From IMG/VR virus record IMGVR_UViG_3300009507_000024, positions 1 through 53,744 of that record: a stretch of 53,744 bases of DNA; one strand, 5' to 3'. The notes under the pieces are model-generated. The model had not been told where the DNA came from and did no database searches. It worked only from the letters and a program-made list of their open reading frames with translations. The position numbers and the translations under genes are program-made. Positions 1 through 9,450 of the stretch are shown one piece after another; within the stretch, counting starts at the first letter, position 1, and every line of letters starts with the position of its first letter. The stretch comes from a virus. Its lineage: Duplodnaviria > Caudoviricetes.

Positions 1-1
1 G

Positions 2-76
2 CTCTGATTCATTTAGTTGCTGTTTTGCTTCGTTTTCTAGATCCGTCATACGCTGGATCATATCTTTCATATTCAT
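2..76 (-). CDS. 5' end of a hypothetical phage protein, truncated by the window edge (MNMKDMIQRMTDLENEAKQQLNESE...)
   Basis: ATG at 76 preceded by a GGGAG Shine-Dalgarno; frame open to the window edge; follows the 79..636 gene directly. Confidence 0.6.
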   Translation of the reverse strand, partial: MNMKDMIQRMTDLENEAKQQLNESE

Positions 77-78
77 GA

Positions 79-636
79 TTAACTCCCTATCGGTGATTTT
101 GCATTTTCACTATCGTCAATGTCTTTTGATTCGCCTACAGGTGCGCCATCCATAGGATCGTTATCTCTTTCTTTACGAGCAGTTTCAAGCTCTTTTAAAA
201 GACTCATTACTCTTGCACCGGCAACATCTTCTTGTGCTGACTCTCCGCCCATGTCTTCTTTATCTAACATTGTTTCGTATGGGGTATCGTCTTTTGTTTC
301 TTGATATTCTTCTCTTGGATCGTTTGCGCCACGCACAATAATATGACTTTGATCAATACTGCAACATTTACCGATATATTCTTGTAGTATTTGACTAGTT
401 GTAGGATACTGTAAATCTACTTCCCAATAAGTAACTTCCATGTTTTGCAACTGTGGAAAATCTAATGGACGTTCTTGTATTGGTGTTTTCTTTCCTGATG
501 TAATATTACCGACTTCAAATTTTTTCAAGCAAGTCTTAATACTTTCTTCGCAGCCTTCTGGTAAATCACCAGCTACTCCTATTTTAAAAGGATAGACTTT
601 TTTAGATTCTGTTAGTATATCTTTAAATGATCTCAT
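79..636 (-). CDS. Hypothetical phage late protein, 185 aa
   Basis: Long ORF downstream of an ATAAATA late-promoter motif at 664-670; acidic C-terminus; no recognisable catalytic motif. Confidence 0.7.
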   Translation of the reverse strand: MRSFKDILTESKKVYPFKIGVAGDLPEGCEESIKTCLKKFEVGNITSGKKTPIQERPLDFPQLQNMEVTYWEVDLQYPTTSQILQEYIGKCCSIDQSHIIVRGANDPREEYQETKDDTPYETMLDKEDMGGESAQEDVAGARVMSLLKELETARKERDNDPMDGAPVGESKDIDDSENAKSPIGS

Positions 637-662
637 TGCGCAATGACCTTATATCTTATATA

Positions 663-1163
663 TTATTTATCTTTATCGAGACCTTTAAGGCGCTCTAGTA
701 GGCTATTCCGGTCTGTGACAACATACCCTTCGCCTTCGATCATACCATCGCCTTGGGGCTTTAAGTCTTTGTCTTGTTTTTCTTTTTTAAGTTGTAGTTC
801 AACCATTTTAAGCTTTTTATCTAGTTTAGCAACTTTAGCATCTAAACTAGTTTTAAGCATTCCGCCTGCAACTTCAAAAACTCTACCGCTATAGCGACTT
901 TCGACATTCATACCTAAGTCCATTAAATCTTCGTATGCACTCATAGCTTTGTCTGCAACTTCATTTAACTCTTTATCGGCCATTTCGCCTAGGCCTTTGA
1001 CTTGAGGTAGTGCAGCGGTTATTTTGTCAAACTCTGCCATATCTCGCAGTGTTTCTGCTTGTTCAATTTCGTATTGTTTTTGTTCTTCTTCTTGTTGTTC
1101 TGCATTATCTATTAGTTCTTTAGACTCAGGCAAATTTAACAAGTCTTCTAATTTTCTAGTCAT
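663..1163 (-). CDS. Probable terminase small subunit (T4 gp16-like)
   Basis: Helical protein with 'SRYSGRVFEVAGGMLK', resembling the R-x-F/Y-E-V-A motif of T4-type gp16; next to the gp4 homolog. Confidence 0.5.
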   Translation of the reverse strand: MTRKLEDLLNLPESKELIDNAEQQEEEQKQYEIEQAETLRDMAEFDKITAALPQVKGLGEMADKELNEVADKAMSAYEDLMDLGMNVESRYSGRVFEVAGGMLKTSLDAKVAKLDKKLKMVELQLKKEKQDKDLKPQGDGMIEGEGYVVTDRNSLLERLKGLDKDK

Positions 1164-1192
1164 TTTAACTTTCCATTATATGCTACTATTAT

Positions 1193-1633
1193 TTATCGTC
1201 TTGTACCATTATGGAAAATATCATCTTCTGTAACAATTCTAAATGTTATTTTATTTTGCTTACACCATGCCCTAGCAGCTTCCCACTTGGCTTGATTTAT
1301 AATATAATGGGCTTGATTATGTTTTGATTTGCCCAACTTTTCTTTTACAGCTTGATTTTTAGGTTTTACTTCTATAAGTTCTACACGCTGACTGCCTTTT
1401 TGATCGTTATATACAATAAAGAAATCAGGCACATATATAGTTTGTTTGCCGCTTAACGGATTACGATACGGAATACGTATTGCTTCGCTTGCCCACTGTG
1501 CTATTGCAGGATGTTCGTCGCAGAATTTCATAAAAGTAAATTCCCATCCTGACCTATATGTAGGATGTTTTTTACCTACATATTTTTCTGGATTTTTTAA
1601 AGTAAATTTACCTGATGCATATTTTCGACTCAT
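1193..1633 (-). CDS. Head completion nuclease (T4 gp4-like, TnsA-type PD-(D/E)xK)
   Basis: Motifs G-K-F..KNPEKYVG, YRSGWE..FM.FCD, WASE.I.IPY, YVPDF, IEVKP, NQAKWEAA..WC, F.IVTE, characteristic of gp4. Confidence 0.9.
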   Translation of the reverse strand: MSRKYASGKFTLKNPEKYVGKKHPTYRSGWEFTFMKFCDEHPAIAQWASEAIRIPYRNPLSGKQTIYVPDFFIVYNDQKGSQRVELIEVKPKNQAVKEKLGKSKHNQAHYIINQAKWEAARAWCKQNKITFRIVTEDDIFHNGTRR

Positions 1634-1995
1634 GACATTATATTGCGTTGCTCTAGTTGTAATCCGCTAAATTCAGTTTTGTATCCTAATTGACTTATTT
1701 TAGGTCTATTAATATTTAAAATAGTACCCACTGCGTTGTTCAACTTTACATCGGTTAAACCGTCCAATGTATCAATAAGTTTTTGTACATTAATATTATC
1801 TCTTTTAGCTTGTTCTAATAAAACACCGGCAGTATTAATTGCACTAACTTCGCTGAAGCCTCTTTTTAAGAAATACCCGATAACTGCATCTACTTCATTT
1901 GACTTATACGATAACGATGCTTGATTGTATGTATTAAAAAATTTTCTAACTCTATCTGCACTGTCTGAAGGAGTATTTTTTGGGAGATTTGACAT
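1630..1995 (-). CDS. Hypothetical protein, 121 aa
   Basis: ORF with AGGA SD; ATGA overlap with the gp4 gene. Confidence 0.7.
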   Translation of the reverse strand: MSNLPKNTPSDSADRVRKFFNTYNQASLSYKSNEVDAVIGYFLKRGFSEVSAINTAGVLLEQAKRDNINVQKLIDTLDGLTDVKLNNAVGTILNINRPKISQLGYKTEFSGLQLEQRNIMS

Positions 1996-2004
1996 AATAA
2001 ATCC

Positions 2005-3474
2005 TTATGTATAATTTTGATTATATTGTTTTCGTTGTGCTTGTATTTTAAGCACAGCGTTTCTTTTTTGTGTTGGAGACAAGTTAGAGTCTAATATATC
2101 TTGTTCAGTTGCTACACCTAGTCCGGGAACATTAGCTGTTTCAGCAGCTAAAAATGCTTTAGATTGATCAGTTGTTGTTCCCAAGTCTTGTAATCTATTT
2201 ACAAGGTCTTGTGCTTGTGCTGCACTCTGTACTCTAAGTCCGGTAAGATTAGGTTCCGAAGCAGTTTTAGTTATTTTTCTAGGTTCAGCAACTGAGTCTA
2301 ATACTAAACTAGCAAGATTTACTAGTTGTCTATTATTTCCTAGACCAATAGAATCCAATAACGAGCTTGTAATTGCGTCTTTAGCAACATCTTCTAACGA
2401 GTTATATTCTGTTATTGAATTAACTCCTAGATTTGTTGCATTTCCTGTTCCTACAATTTGTCTAACAACACTATTTGTTAAACTTTTGTTATTCAATAAT
2501 ATTCCTACTACATCACTGCCGTCACGTATCCTTGAAGATGTTTGCTGTGATGTTGCTTCTTGTCCTTGAGATAATCCCGGAAACAATAATCCAGCAAGGC
2601 CACCAGGACTAAAAATATTATTATTTTGTATTTGGCCTTGACCAGGAATACTAAATGGATTTTGTGACATAGAAACAGATGGTACAAAACCAGGAGTTGC
2701 TTGGTTTTCTAATACATAATTAGATTGCTGATTAGGATAAAGATCTTGAGTTCCTAGTGGGCTCGGTGTAACATCGTAACCTGTGCGAGATGATCCAAAT
2801 GTTTTAGGATCTCCGTTTTCTCCTAGTTCAATTTCTCCATGATCGTATATTACACCTTCGTACATTATTGTCATAGTATTTTCAGCTATGCCAGTTCCGT
2901 CAGAAGAATCCATTGTATCGTGTTGGAATCTTTCAACAATAGGATTAATAAGTGTAAAACTGTTCCATTTATTTCTACTCATTTGAAAGATTTTAATTTC
3001 TTTAAAAAATGGTATAAGTGTTCCGTTGTCTAATCCATAGCTAGGAACTGTGTCTTTATATTTGTCTCTAGGACCATATGTTTGTCCTAACGCACTGCCC
3101 GAACCATTATTATAATTACCGTCTTTAAAATAGTATGTATAATATTCTTGTAACAGGCTCATTGTAACACCAGCATTATCGTCGTGCCACTTAATAGTTA
3201 TAGGATCGTAATCTATTCTTGTTTGAATATTTTTCTTCCTATTATACTGTTGTCTAGTTTCAATACTAGCAGAATAACTAGGCAAATCTACACTTTTTAC
3301 AAGCACATTCACTAACGGTTCTTCTTGTACGGAAATTTTAGCATGTTCTCTTGCTGCTGTTGTAAGTTCAAATACACAATGGTATAACCATTTTACTTTT
3401 GGCGAAAAATTCATACGCTGTTGCGTATATAATCTATGAGCGTGTTGATAATCTCGCATTGTTGTATCTGCCAT
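2005..3474 (-). CDS. Tail-tube-fold baseplate protein (gp19/gp54/gp48-like N-terminus, low-complexity C-terminus)
   Basis: N-terminal half parallels the adjacent tube protein (VKSVDLPS / YN / YDPITIKWHDD / TMTIMYE versus TVDVTRPN / YN / WEPVTLTLRED / TLSIRYD); own late promoter and GGAGAG SD. Confidence 0.65.
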   Translation of the reverse strand: MADTTMRDYQHAHRLYTQQRMNFSPKVKWLYHCVFELTTAAREHAKISVQEEPLVNVLVKSVDLPSYSASIETRQQYNRKKNIQTRIDYDPITIKWHDDNAGVTMSLLQEYYTYYFKDGNYNNGSGSALGQTYGPRDKYKDTVPSYGLDNGTLIPFFKEIKIFQMSRNKWNSFTLINPIVERFQHDTMDSSDGTGIAENTMTIMYEGVIYDHGEIELGENGDPKTFGSSRTGYDVTPSPLGTQDLYPNQQSNYVLENQATPGFVPSVSMSQNPFSIPGQGQIQNNNIFSPGGLAGLLFPGLSQGQEATSQQTSSRIRDGSDVVGILLNNKSLTNSVVRQIVGTGNATNLGVNSITEYNSLEDVAKDAITSSLLDSIGLGNNRQLVNLASLVLDSVAEPRKITKTASEPNLTGLRVQSAAQAQDLVNRLQDLGTTTDQSKAFLAAETANVPGLGVATEQDILDSNLSPTQKRNAVLKIQAQRKQYNQNYT

Positions 3475-3514
3475 GGTACTCTCCTATATATTATTTATCA
3501 GTAAAAATCGGCCA

Positions 3515-3546
3515 CAAAAAAATAGGGGACAAACCCCTATTTTTTG
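3515..3546. terminator. Intrinsic terminator, potentially bidirectional, after the tail tube gene
   Basis: AAAAAAATAGGGG-ACAAA-CCCCTATTTTTT hairpin with A and T tracts on both sides. Confidence 0.85.
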
Positions 3547-3566
3547 TTCAAACGCCAAACTAATTA

Positions 3567-4217
3567 TTATTCAGGAGTTGGACCTTCTGAAGTATTAATT
3601 GTAGTACTTGCAGTACTTCTACCTACACTAGTACCTAGTCCGGCTGTTCTAGTTACGCCATCCTCTTCAGTTTGAATTGCGTTATCGTAACGAATTGATA
3701 ATGTAATTGTTACTGGATCATTTGTTGAATATGATAGCGAATTATAGTTTGCTGATTCAATATAGCACCCTACTAAGTTAATTCTATCTAACACATTAGT
3801 GTCAAACTGACCATTGCCGCCATCGAGTACTTCGATAGACATCTGGAACTTGTAGCTGCCGCCTGATGCTGCCGATGCTTGTTCGTAAAAATCATATTGT
3901 TTCTGCAACTGTTCGCCAACTAGACGTTGTACTCTGTTATTAACATCTTCACGTAATGTTAGTGTAACAGGTTCCCATGTGTGCTTACCAGCAAGATAAC
4001 TTCTTGAGTTGTAAGCGTCGATTGTAATTTGTTCAAATGTTAAATTTGGTCTTGTTACATCAACTGTTTGTTTTGTCAGTTCTGTTAAGTCTGTTGAATT
4101 ACCAAAGTTTGATAATACCGTTCTAAAACGATATTGTAGTTTTGGCATCAACAGCGTAGCGTTTTTCTGTCCGTCATTAACAGGAACCGAAATATTTTTT
4201 AGTGAATTAATTGGCAT
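3567..4217 (-). CDS. Tail tube protein (gp19-like)
   Basis: Directly follows the sheath gene; 216 aa; PKLQYRFR, YLAGKHTWEPVTLTLRED and VTITLSIRYD are typical of T4-like tube proteins. Confidence 0.85.
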   Translation of the reverse strand: MPINSLKNISVPVNDGQKNATLLMPKLQYRFRTVLSNFGNSTDLTELTKQTVDVTRPNLTFEQITIDAYNSRSYLAGKHTWEPVTLTLREDVNNRVQRLVGEQLQKQYDFYEQASAASGGSYKFQMSIEVLDGGNGQFDTNVLDRINLVGCYIESANYNSLSYSTNDPVTITLSIRYDNAIQTEEDGVTRTAGLGTSVGRSTASTTINTSEGPTPE

Positions 4218-4249
4218 TTGATATCCTCTCTAATAGTATTTATCATCAT

Positions 4250-4273
4250 TGGGGGGTATTTTTCTACCCCCCA
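4250..4273. other. Strong GC hairpin between sheath and tube genes (terminator or mRNA-stabilising stem)
   Basis: TGGGGGGTA-TTTTTC-TACCCCCCA, 9-bp perfect stem; no U-tract follows on the coding (minus) strand. Confidence 0.6.
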
Positions 4274-4285
4274 TATTTTTGATGA

Positions 4286-7200
4286 TTAAGCTCCTAACTC
4301 AGCTATCTCGCCTGTGTTTTTAATTCTCAATGGAATATAAATGAATTCAATAGCTTTAACTGGCTCAATAGCAATATCAATCCAAAGTTCATTTCTATCA
4401 ATTCTTGTAGGCGTATTGTTTGATTCGTCGCACACTACAACATAGTCATAAAGTGCTCTTAAACTTGCTAACTCTAACAAGAAGCCTTCTGCTGCCTGTT
4501 TGATTTGATCTCTTGTGATCTTATCATTTGGCTCAAACAAGTATGGTCTTGCAAGTTGTTCCAGCTGTGTTCTCATGTAAATTACAAGTCTTACAACATT
4601 AATTCTGTCTAGCGCACTTGCATTTCTTGCACGAGTCTTCTGTCCAAATACTGTAATACCAGATCCTGCAATAAACGATATAGGGTTAATATTATTCAAA
4701 TACATCGTGTCACGCTGTCCAGTGTTAAGCGAAATACTTCTAAATTCGCCTTCTGCTGTAACGTAACCTGTTGCTGTTGAATTAGTAACTCCGCCGCGTC
4801 TTGTACCTGCAGGTGCAAACCATGGATAGCTAACTTGATCACTTAGTATGATTGTTCTAAGTGCCATGTGACTCGGAGGAACAACAATGTTGTTGCCTAA
4901 ATTATCGCTTGTAAATCCTGATGGATAATACATTGCCATATATTCATCTCTACTTGGAGCACCATTTTCGTTATCTTCTACAGCAAGATTAGCATTTGAT
5001 GCCCATTCTTGTAATGTAGTTGCATCTGGTGTTAATCTAAATGGTGTATCTCCTACAACAAACCCTGTTAGTCTGCGTGTGTAGTTAAGATCAATCATTT
5101 CGCCAATTAGCTCAGGATATCCAGGTGTTGCCATTAAGTTAAATCTAATTAGTTCTTCGTCTCGAATATCTAAGTTACTATTAACCATAGCTTGTAGTTT
5201 TTGTACAACTGCCTTACGTTGTGCAAAACGTCCAAATGTACCTGAACCATCTTCATTGTTACCTGATTCAGTAACCCAACGATGTGGATAATAACCGTCC
5301 ATTGATTCATCGTTATTACGAATGTTGTCGTCTGTTGTATCGATCCAGTTACGCTCAAAACGCTTAACATTAAATCCGCTTCTACGTAGATTCCATAACA
5401 ACATGCCTCTCGGATATAGTGCTGGATCTGGAGCATCTGGATCCAAATAGTTACTTACTAATAGATCTTCAATGTCTGCTGCATCAATATCACTTCCTGC
5501 TGTTCCCCAACGAGCTTCGTCAAATAGAACACCGTTTTCAGAAGTTTGGTCTGTTGTATCAAGTAGTACCCATGTAGCAAGTGTAACACTATAACGATAA
5601 ATTGTTGGATAGTTGTCTAAATCTGATGTATCAATCCATAGATCGTTATCAACTAAAGCACTACCGTCTGACTGTTGTATAGGCTGTGTAGCACTAACAA
5701 TTGGGCCAGCTGGCGATGTATCTGGATATACATTTAGATAACCTTGCCAGCCATTAGTAGGTCCATCATGTACCATGATATCTACTTCGTCGATGATTGA
5801 ACTATACCATAGTTCTCCGTCAGCAGTCAATGAAGTTGGTGCATCAGGTGATGGTGTATAATCTAGTACTTTCCAATTTGACAGTAAGTATGTACCATCT
5901 ATTGCTGATACATCTCCATCTACAGCTGACACTGTAGTTACAGCATCAGCTGTAACTTGTGCTGGTGCTGCATAGAAGTTTGCAGTTGTTGTAGCATCAT
6001 CGGCATCATATACTGCATATCCTAAGTCTGCAAGTAATCCGTCGATATCATAAACAATAACATCTCCGCCTGTTGCATGTTTTAGTAAAATTCTGTTTTG
6101 TGCGTTAATTTCTGCTGTAACATTTGTTAATCCTGCACTATTAATTGCGCCTGCAACGTCATCAGCTACTCCTGATGTTGCTGGATTAGTAATTGTTACA
6201 GTAGCAACTTTTGGTGCTGCAAATTCACTACTATTAACTTTAGTTTCTGCAAACGCAATTTTAAAGCTGCCTGCACCTAATGTTGTTCCTGTGATTTTTT
6301 CGCTTGAAGCAATTGTTGCACCATTAAGGTTTCTTTTAAAGAATTTAAAGTTAGCAATGTTTGGTTCTGTAACTTCTTCAACATTTGTCTTTACATAAAG
6401 TTCGCCAATTCTTAAGTTTTCGCCGCCACCTGTTCTGTCTAACTCGTATAATGCTTCTGCACTTGTTTGATATACCGGTGTCGAAATTGTTCCCCAAAGC
6501 TGTGTATCTTCATTATACTGCTTAATTCTATAGTCCATTCCGCCGTTTGGTTCTGTAGTCTTGTACCAAATTGAACCAGTCGGTTTTGGAGCAGTATCTC
6601 CTGACTTAAATTCAGGAACATCAGTATGTGGCGATACTTGTAGTGCAGGTGAATAATATGTTCCTGCTGTAATACCAAACTCGCTCATTGCTGATCCACT
6701 GATTGTCATAGAATCATTTGTTGTATAAATTTCTAATTCGCCATCAACTACATTTGCACTTACTCCGGAAATTTCCTCTCCGTTAATTTCTTGTGCTAGT
6801 GTAAGAACGTTTGTACCTATTCTAGTAACAGTTGTTCCGTCGATAATAAATGTGTTTGTTGGATCAAAGGTTGTCGTGCTAGCAATTTCACTTCTTAGTG
6901 TCGGCCAACTACCTTTCCAATTATTAGATCCTACTTCTACCCAAGTACCAGTATTTGACTCTTTTGCTGCAATACTTGCACCGTATCCTGGCGACTTGTA
7001 ATAAAGTCTGTTTAATGTTGTAATTGCAACAACAGCATAATCGCCAACTTGTCCTACTGACTTTTTAGGAGCGCCTGGTGCAGTTAAGCTTTCGCCTGTA
7101 GTTCTTGCTACATCGCTAGGAGTTAATACAATAGGAGTTTTTGTTGTAAATGATTGTCCGCCTACAACTCTTACAGATGCACCGTTCCACTCTGTAATAC

Positions 7201-7633
7201 CAAAATCTGTTGATTCTACATCAAACCAATATGTATTATCTGCAGGTTCTCCGCCTGGAGGAGTAGCACTTGCTTCTAATTTTGCAAGGTCAATATCTGC
7301 TCTTGCAACATATACTCTATTAGTTACACCTAATAGTGAGTATGCTGTTTGTAATCCGTATTCGTTTAATTCACCGCCGTGAATCATATTGCCATTACCA
7401 TCATTCATAAACAGAGGATCACCAAATAGTTCTCCTAGTTCTCTTTGTGAAGTTAATAAGTAAGGCTTCTCTGCGTTTGCTTTTAGTGTCCCTTCGGCTA
7501 GACCTGATCCTGCGGAATTCGTTTTGTTTTCTTTCGATGCCACAAAGACCATTGGTACAGTACCAGCAGCCGCCGGAGTATAAAAACTCTCGTCGATTAC
7601 ATTGACTTCTACACCTGGTGAAAATAATGCCAT
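4286..7633 (-). CDS. Contractile tail sheath protein (gp18-like), 1115 aa with large insertions
   Basis: N-terminal SPGVEVNVIDES; C-terminal PWFAPAGTRRG, NINPI, FGQKT, ALDRINVVRL, LFEPND, VVCDESNNTP..IDRNEL.IDIAIEPVKAIEFIYI. Confidence 0.95.
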   Translation of the reverse strand: MALFSPGVEVNVIDESFYTPAAAGTVPMVFVASKENKTNSAGSGLAEGTLKANAEKPYLLTSQRELGELFGDPLFMNDGNGNMIHGGELNEYGLQTAYSLLGVTNRVYVARADIDLAKLEASATPPGGEPADNTYWFDVESTDFGITEWNGASVRVVGGQSFTTKTPIVLTPSDVARTTGESLTAPGAPKKSVGQVGDYAVVAITTLNRLYYKSPGYGASIAAKESNTGTWVEVGSNNWKGSWPTLRSEIASTTTFDPTNTFIIDGTTVTRIGTNVLTLAQEINGEEISGVSANVVDGELEIYTTNDSMTISGSAMSEFGITAGTYYSPALQVSPHTDVPEFKSGDTAPKPTGSIWYKTTEPNGGMDYRIKQYNEDTQLWGTISTPVYQTSAEALYELDRTGGGENLRIGELYVKTNVEEVTEPNIANFKFFKRNLNGATIASSEKITGTTLGAGSFKIAFAETKVNSSEFAAPKVATVTITNPATSGVADDVAGAINSAGLTNVTAEINAQNRILLKHATGGDVIVYDIDGLLADLGYAVYDADDATTTANFYAAPAQVTADAVTTVSAVDGDVSAIDGTYLLSNWKVLDYTPSPDAPTSLTADGELWYSSIIDEVDIMVHDGPTNGWQGYLNVYPDTSPAGPIVSATQPIQQSDGSALVDNDLWIDTSDLDNYPTIYRYSVTLATWVLLDTTDQTSENGVLFDEARWGTAGSDIDAADIEDLLVSNYLDPDAPDPALYPRGMLLWNLRRSGFNVKRFERNWIDTTDDNIRNNDESMDGYYPHRWVTESGNNEDGSGTFGRFAQRKAVVQKLQAMVNSNLDIRDEELIRFNLMATPGYPELIGEMIDLNYTRRLTGFVVGDTPFRLTPDATTLQEWASNANLAVEDNENGAPSRDEYMAMYYPSGFTSDNLGNNIVVPPSHMALRTIILSDQVSYPWFAPAGTRRGGVTNSTATGYVTAEGEFRSISLNTGQRDTMYLNNINPISFIAGSGITVFGQKTRARNASALDRINVVRLVIYMRTQLEQLARPYLFEPNDKITRDQIKQAAEGFLLELASLRALYDYVVVCDESNNTPTRIDRNELWIDIAIEPVKAIEFIYIPLRIKNTGEIAELGA

Positions 7634-7741
7634 TGTTTATCTCCTATGAAATTGCTTATTCATTAGTATTTATTAATAAAAAAGAAAAAGGGCTAGTTAA
7701 TACCTATAAAAAAGGGGCGAAAAAGGTATGGTAAATACAAT

Positions 7742-8080
7742 ATGAGACCATTATGCATATGCGGGCACCGTCCGGCAGCTATAAATTACAAAAAAGACAA
7801 TAAAACTTACTATAGAAAGAAGTGTGAAATATGTTTAAAGCACGGGGGCGTTGGTCACGGCATTCCTAAGTGGAAGCAAGCAGGATACGAAAAAAAAGAC
7901 TATTGTGAAAAATGTGGATATAAATCTAAGCACTCTGAACAATTTAATGTGTTTCATACGGATGGTAATTTAGAAAACTGTCGACCTAGTAACTTAAAAA
8001 CAATTTGTGCTAACTGTCAAAGAACGTTACAACGAGATGGAGTAAAGTGGAAACAAGGTGACCTACGACCTGACTTCTGA
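7742..8080 (+). CDS. Zn-finger/HNH-like protein
   Basis: CxC, CxxC, CxxC and VFHTDG..N...SNLKTICANC HNH-like core; last His replaced by Gln. Confidence 0.7.
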   Translation: MRPLCICGHRPAAINYKKDNKTYYRKKCEICLKHGGVGHGIPKWKQAGYEKKDYCEKCGYKSKHSEQFNVFHTDGNLENCRPSNLKTICANCQRTLQRDGVKWKQGDLRPDF

Positions 8081-8587
8081 TGCACTATAAGGATCAATAT
8101 ACTCAATAAGTTGAGCTAGGTTAAATTCTAATTCTTCAAGTGTGCCATTGTTGTCAATAGTATAGTCTGCCATCCATTGCTCGAGACTCATTGACTTTGC
8201 TGATTCGGGCATTAAGTATTTGCTACGATCTACCCAAATAGCTTTATCAAATACACCAGTATTCTTCATAGCATGAAATTCACGCTTGTTGCGTAGTCCG
8301 CAATAGATGTCGTGTTCTTTGAATATTTCTCTACCCAATGTACCTGCATCAGGAACATTATAATTACAGATAGCTTCGTACCATTCTTGTCTGTGATTGT
8401 GCCTATCTGCATAACACTCTTCTTCACTAGCGTAGCTGTATTTGTCTTTTAACTGATTGTAAATAAACAACTTTGAACAAAACTTACTACTACTTTCAAA
8501 AGTGTAGCCATATCTGTCTCGAAGCATTTCAGAGACAGTATCTTTACCGTGGCGGCCGTGACCTATGATCAATAACTTTAATTTCAT
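8063..8587 (-). CDS. Deoxynucleoside monophosphate kinase-like P-loop protein
   Basis: N-terminal GHGRHGKDT P-loop, GLRNKREF and D..IDNNGTLEEL resemble T4 gp1-type dNMP kinases. Confidence 0.7.
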   Translation of the reverse strand: MKLKLLIIGHGRHGKDTVSEMLRDRYGYTFESSSKFCSKLFIYNQLKDKYSYASEEECYADRHNHRQEWYEAICNYNVPDAGTLGREIFKEHDIYCGLRNKREFHAMKNTGVFDKAIWVDRSKYLMPESAKSMSLEQWMADYTIDNNGTLEELEFNLAQLIEYIDPYSASEVRS

Positions 8588-8593
8588 ATTTTA

Positions 8594-8622
8594 AATATAG
8601 CATCTAATACTATATTTGTCAA
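8594..8622 (-). promoter_or_regulatory. Host sigma70-type promoter for the dNMP kinase gene, probably leaderless
   Basis: Minus strand TTGACA-17 nt-TATATT with an extended -10 TG; ATG 6 nt after the -10 box; no SD. Confidence 0.75.
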
Positions 8623-8625
8623 GTA

Positions 8626-9384
8626 TTAACCTATAGTAAATCCATAGCCTGTGCCGCCCGGTACTGCCATACTCACTTCAGTCTCAAGTTTTTCCATTTC
8701 GGTCTGGGCTTCTGCTTTTAATGTATCGCCGTTGAGTGTTGATCCGCCTTGTGGTCCAGCAATAGTAGCAAACTTTGAACGTGCTTCGCCTAACATATAC
8801 TTACATGCTGCTAATGTATAATCTTTAATCCATTGCTTTGATAAGTAATCGCTCATTAACTCTGTATCAGGTCTGTAATTATAGCAATATAATAAAAGAG
8901 TCTCTTCAGCTCTAGGACGTTGTAATAGAGTAAGTTTCTTGCTATTTGAGTTCCACTTAAATTCAATAAAGCTGCCAAACATTCTACCTACTAGTTCTTG
9001 ATATTGAGAAAACATATCATAGGTTGCAAGTCCGCCCATATTAGAACTTGACAGCAAATAAGTATTTGTATAGGCAAGATTAAAGGGTTCAAATAGTGTT
9101 CCGCCATCGCCGCCGCCAGAACGTGAGCCAATTGATCTGCGGAAGAGCTGTCTAACTTCCATTACTTCATTAGGAAGTATGTATTCGTTCTGATCTATTA
9201 TAGTAGGCATAAACAAATATGATTCTTCAACACTATAGTCTGATCTCTGTCTATATCTAGTTAAAGCCTTTGTAAGTGCTGTTTCATAATGAACAGGATC
9301 AAGTTCTACATCTACCATTCCTCCACCAAGGAATGTATGCACATAGTCAAATATTTCTTGCTTTTGTGTTTTTAAATCTGCCAT
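8626..9384 (-). CDS. Neck protein (gp13-like head-tail adaptor)
   Basis: LGGGMVDVEL, WIKDYTLAACK..LGEARSKF..I.GP.GG.TLNG..LK.EA..E.EKLE match the gp13 family. Confidence 0.85.
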   Translation of the reverse strand: MADLKTQKQEIFDYVHTFLGGGMVDVELDPVHYETALTKALTRYRQRSDYSVEESYLFMPTIIDQNEYILPNEVMEVRQLFRRSIGSRSGGGDGGTLFEPFNLAYTNTYLLSSSNMGGLATYDMFSQYQELVGRMFGSFIEFKWNSNSKKLTLLQRPRAEETLLLYCYNYRPDTELMSDYLSKQWIKDYTLAACKYMLGEARSKFATIAGPQGGSTLNGDTLKAEAQTEMEKLETEVSMAVPGGTGYGFTIG

Positions 9385-9400
9385 ATTGGTTCTCCAATAG

Positions 9401-9422
9401 TATTTATCGGTTGCGATAAATA
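9401..9422. promoter_or_regulatory. Back-to-back late promoters for gp13 (minus) and gp14-gp15 (plus)
   Basis: TATTTATCG-GTTG-CGATAAATA perfect 9-bp inverted repeat; each arm is a GATAAATA motif. Confidence 0.75.
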
Positions 9423-9450
9423 TGTATAGCTATATTACAGGAGAAGACTT

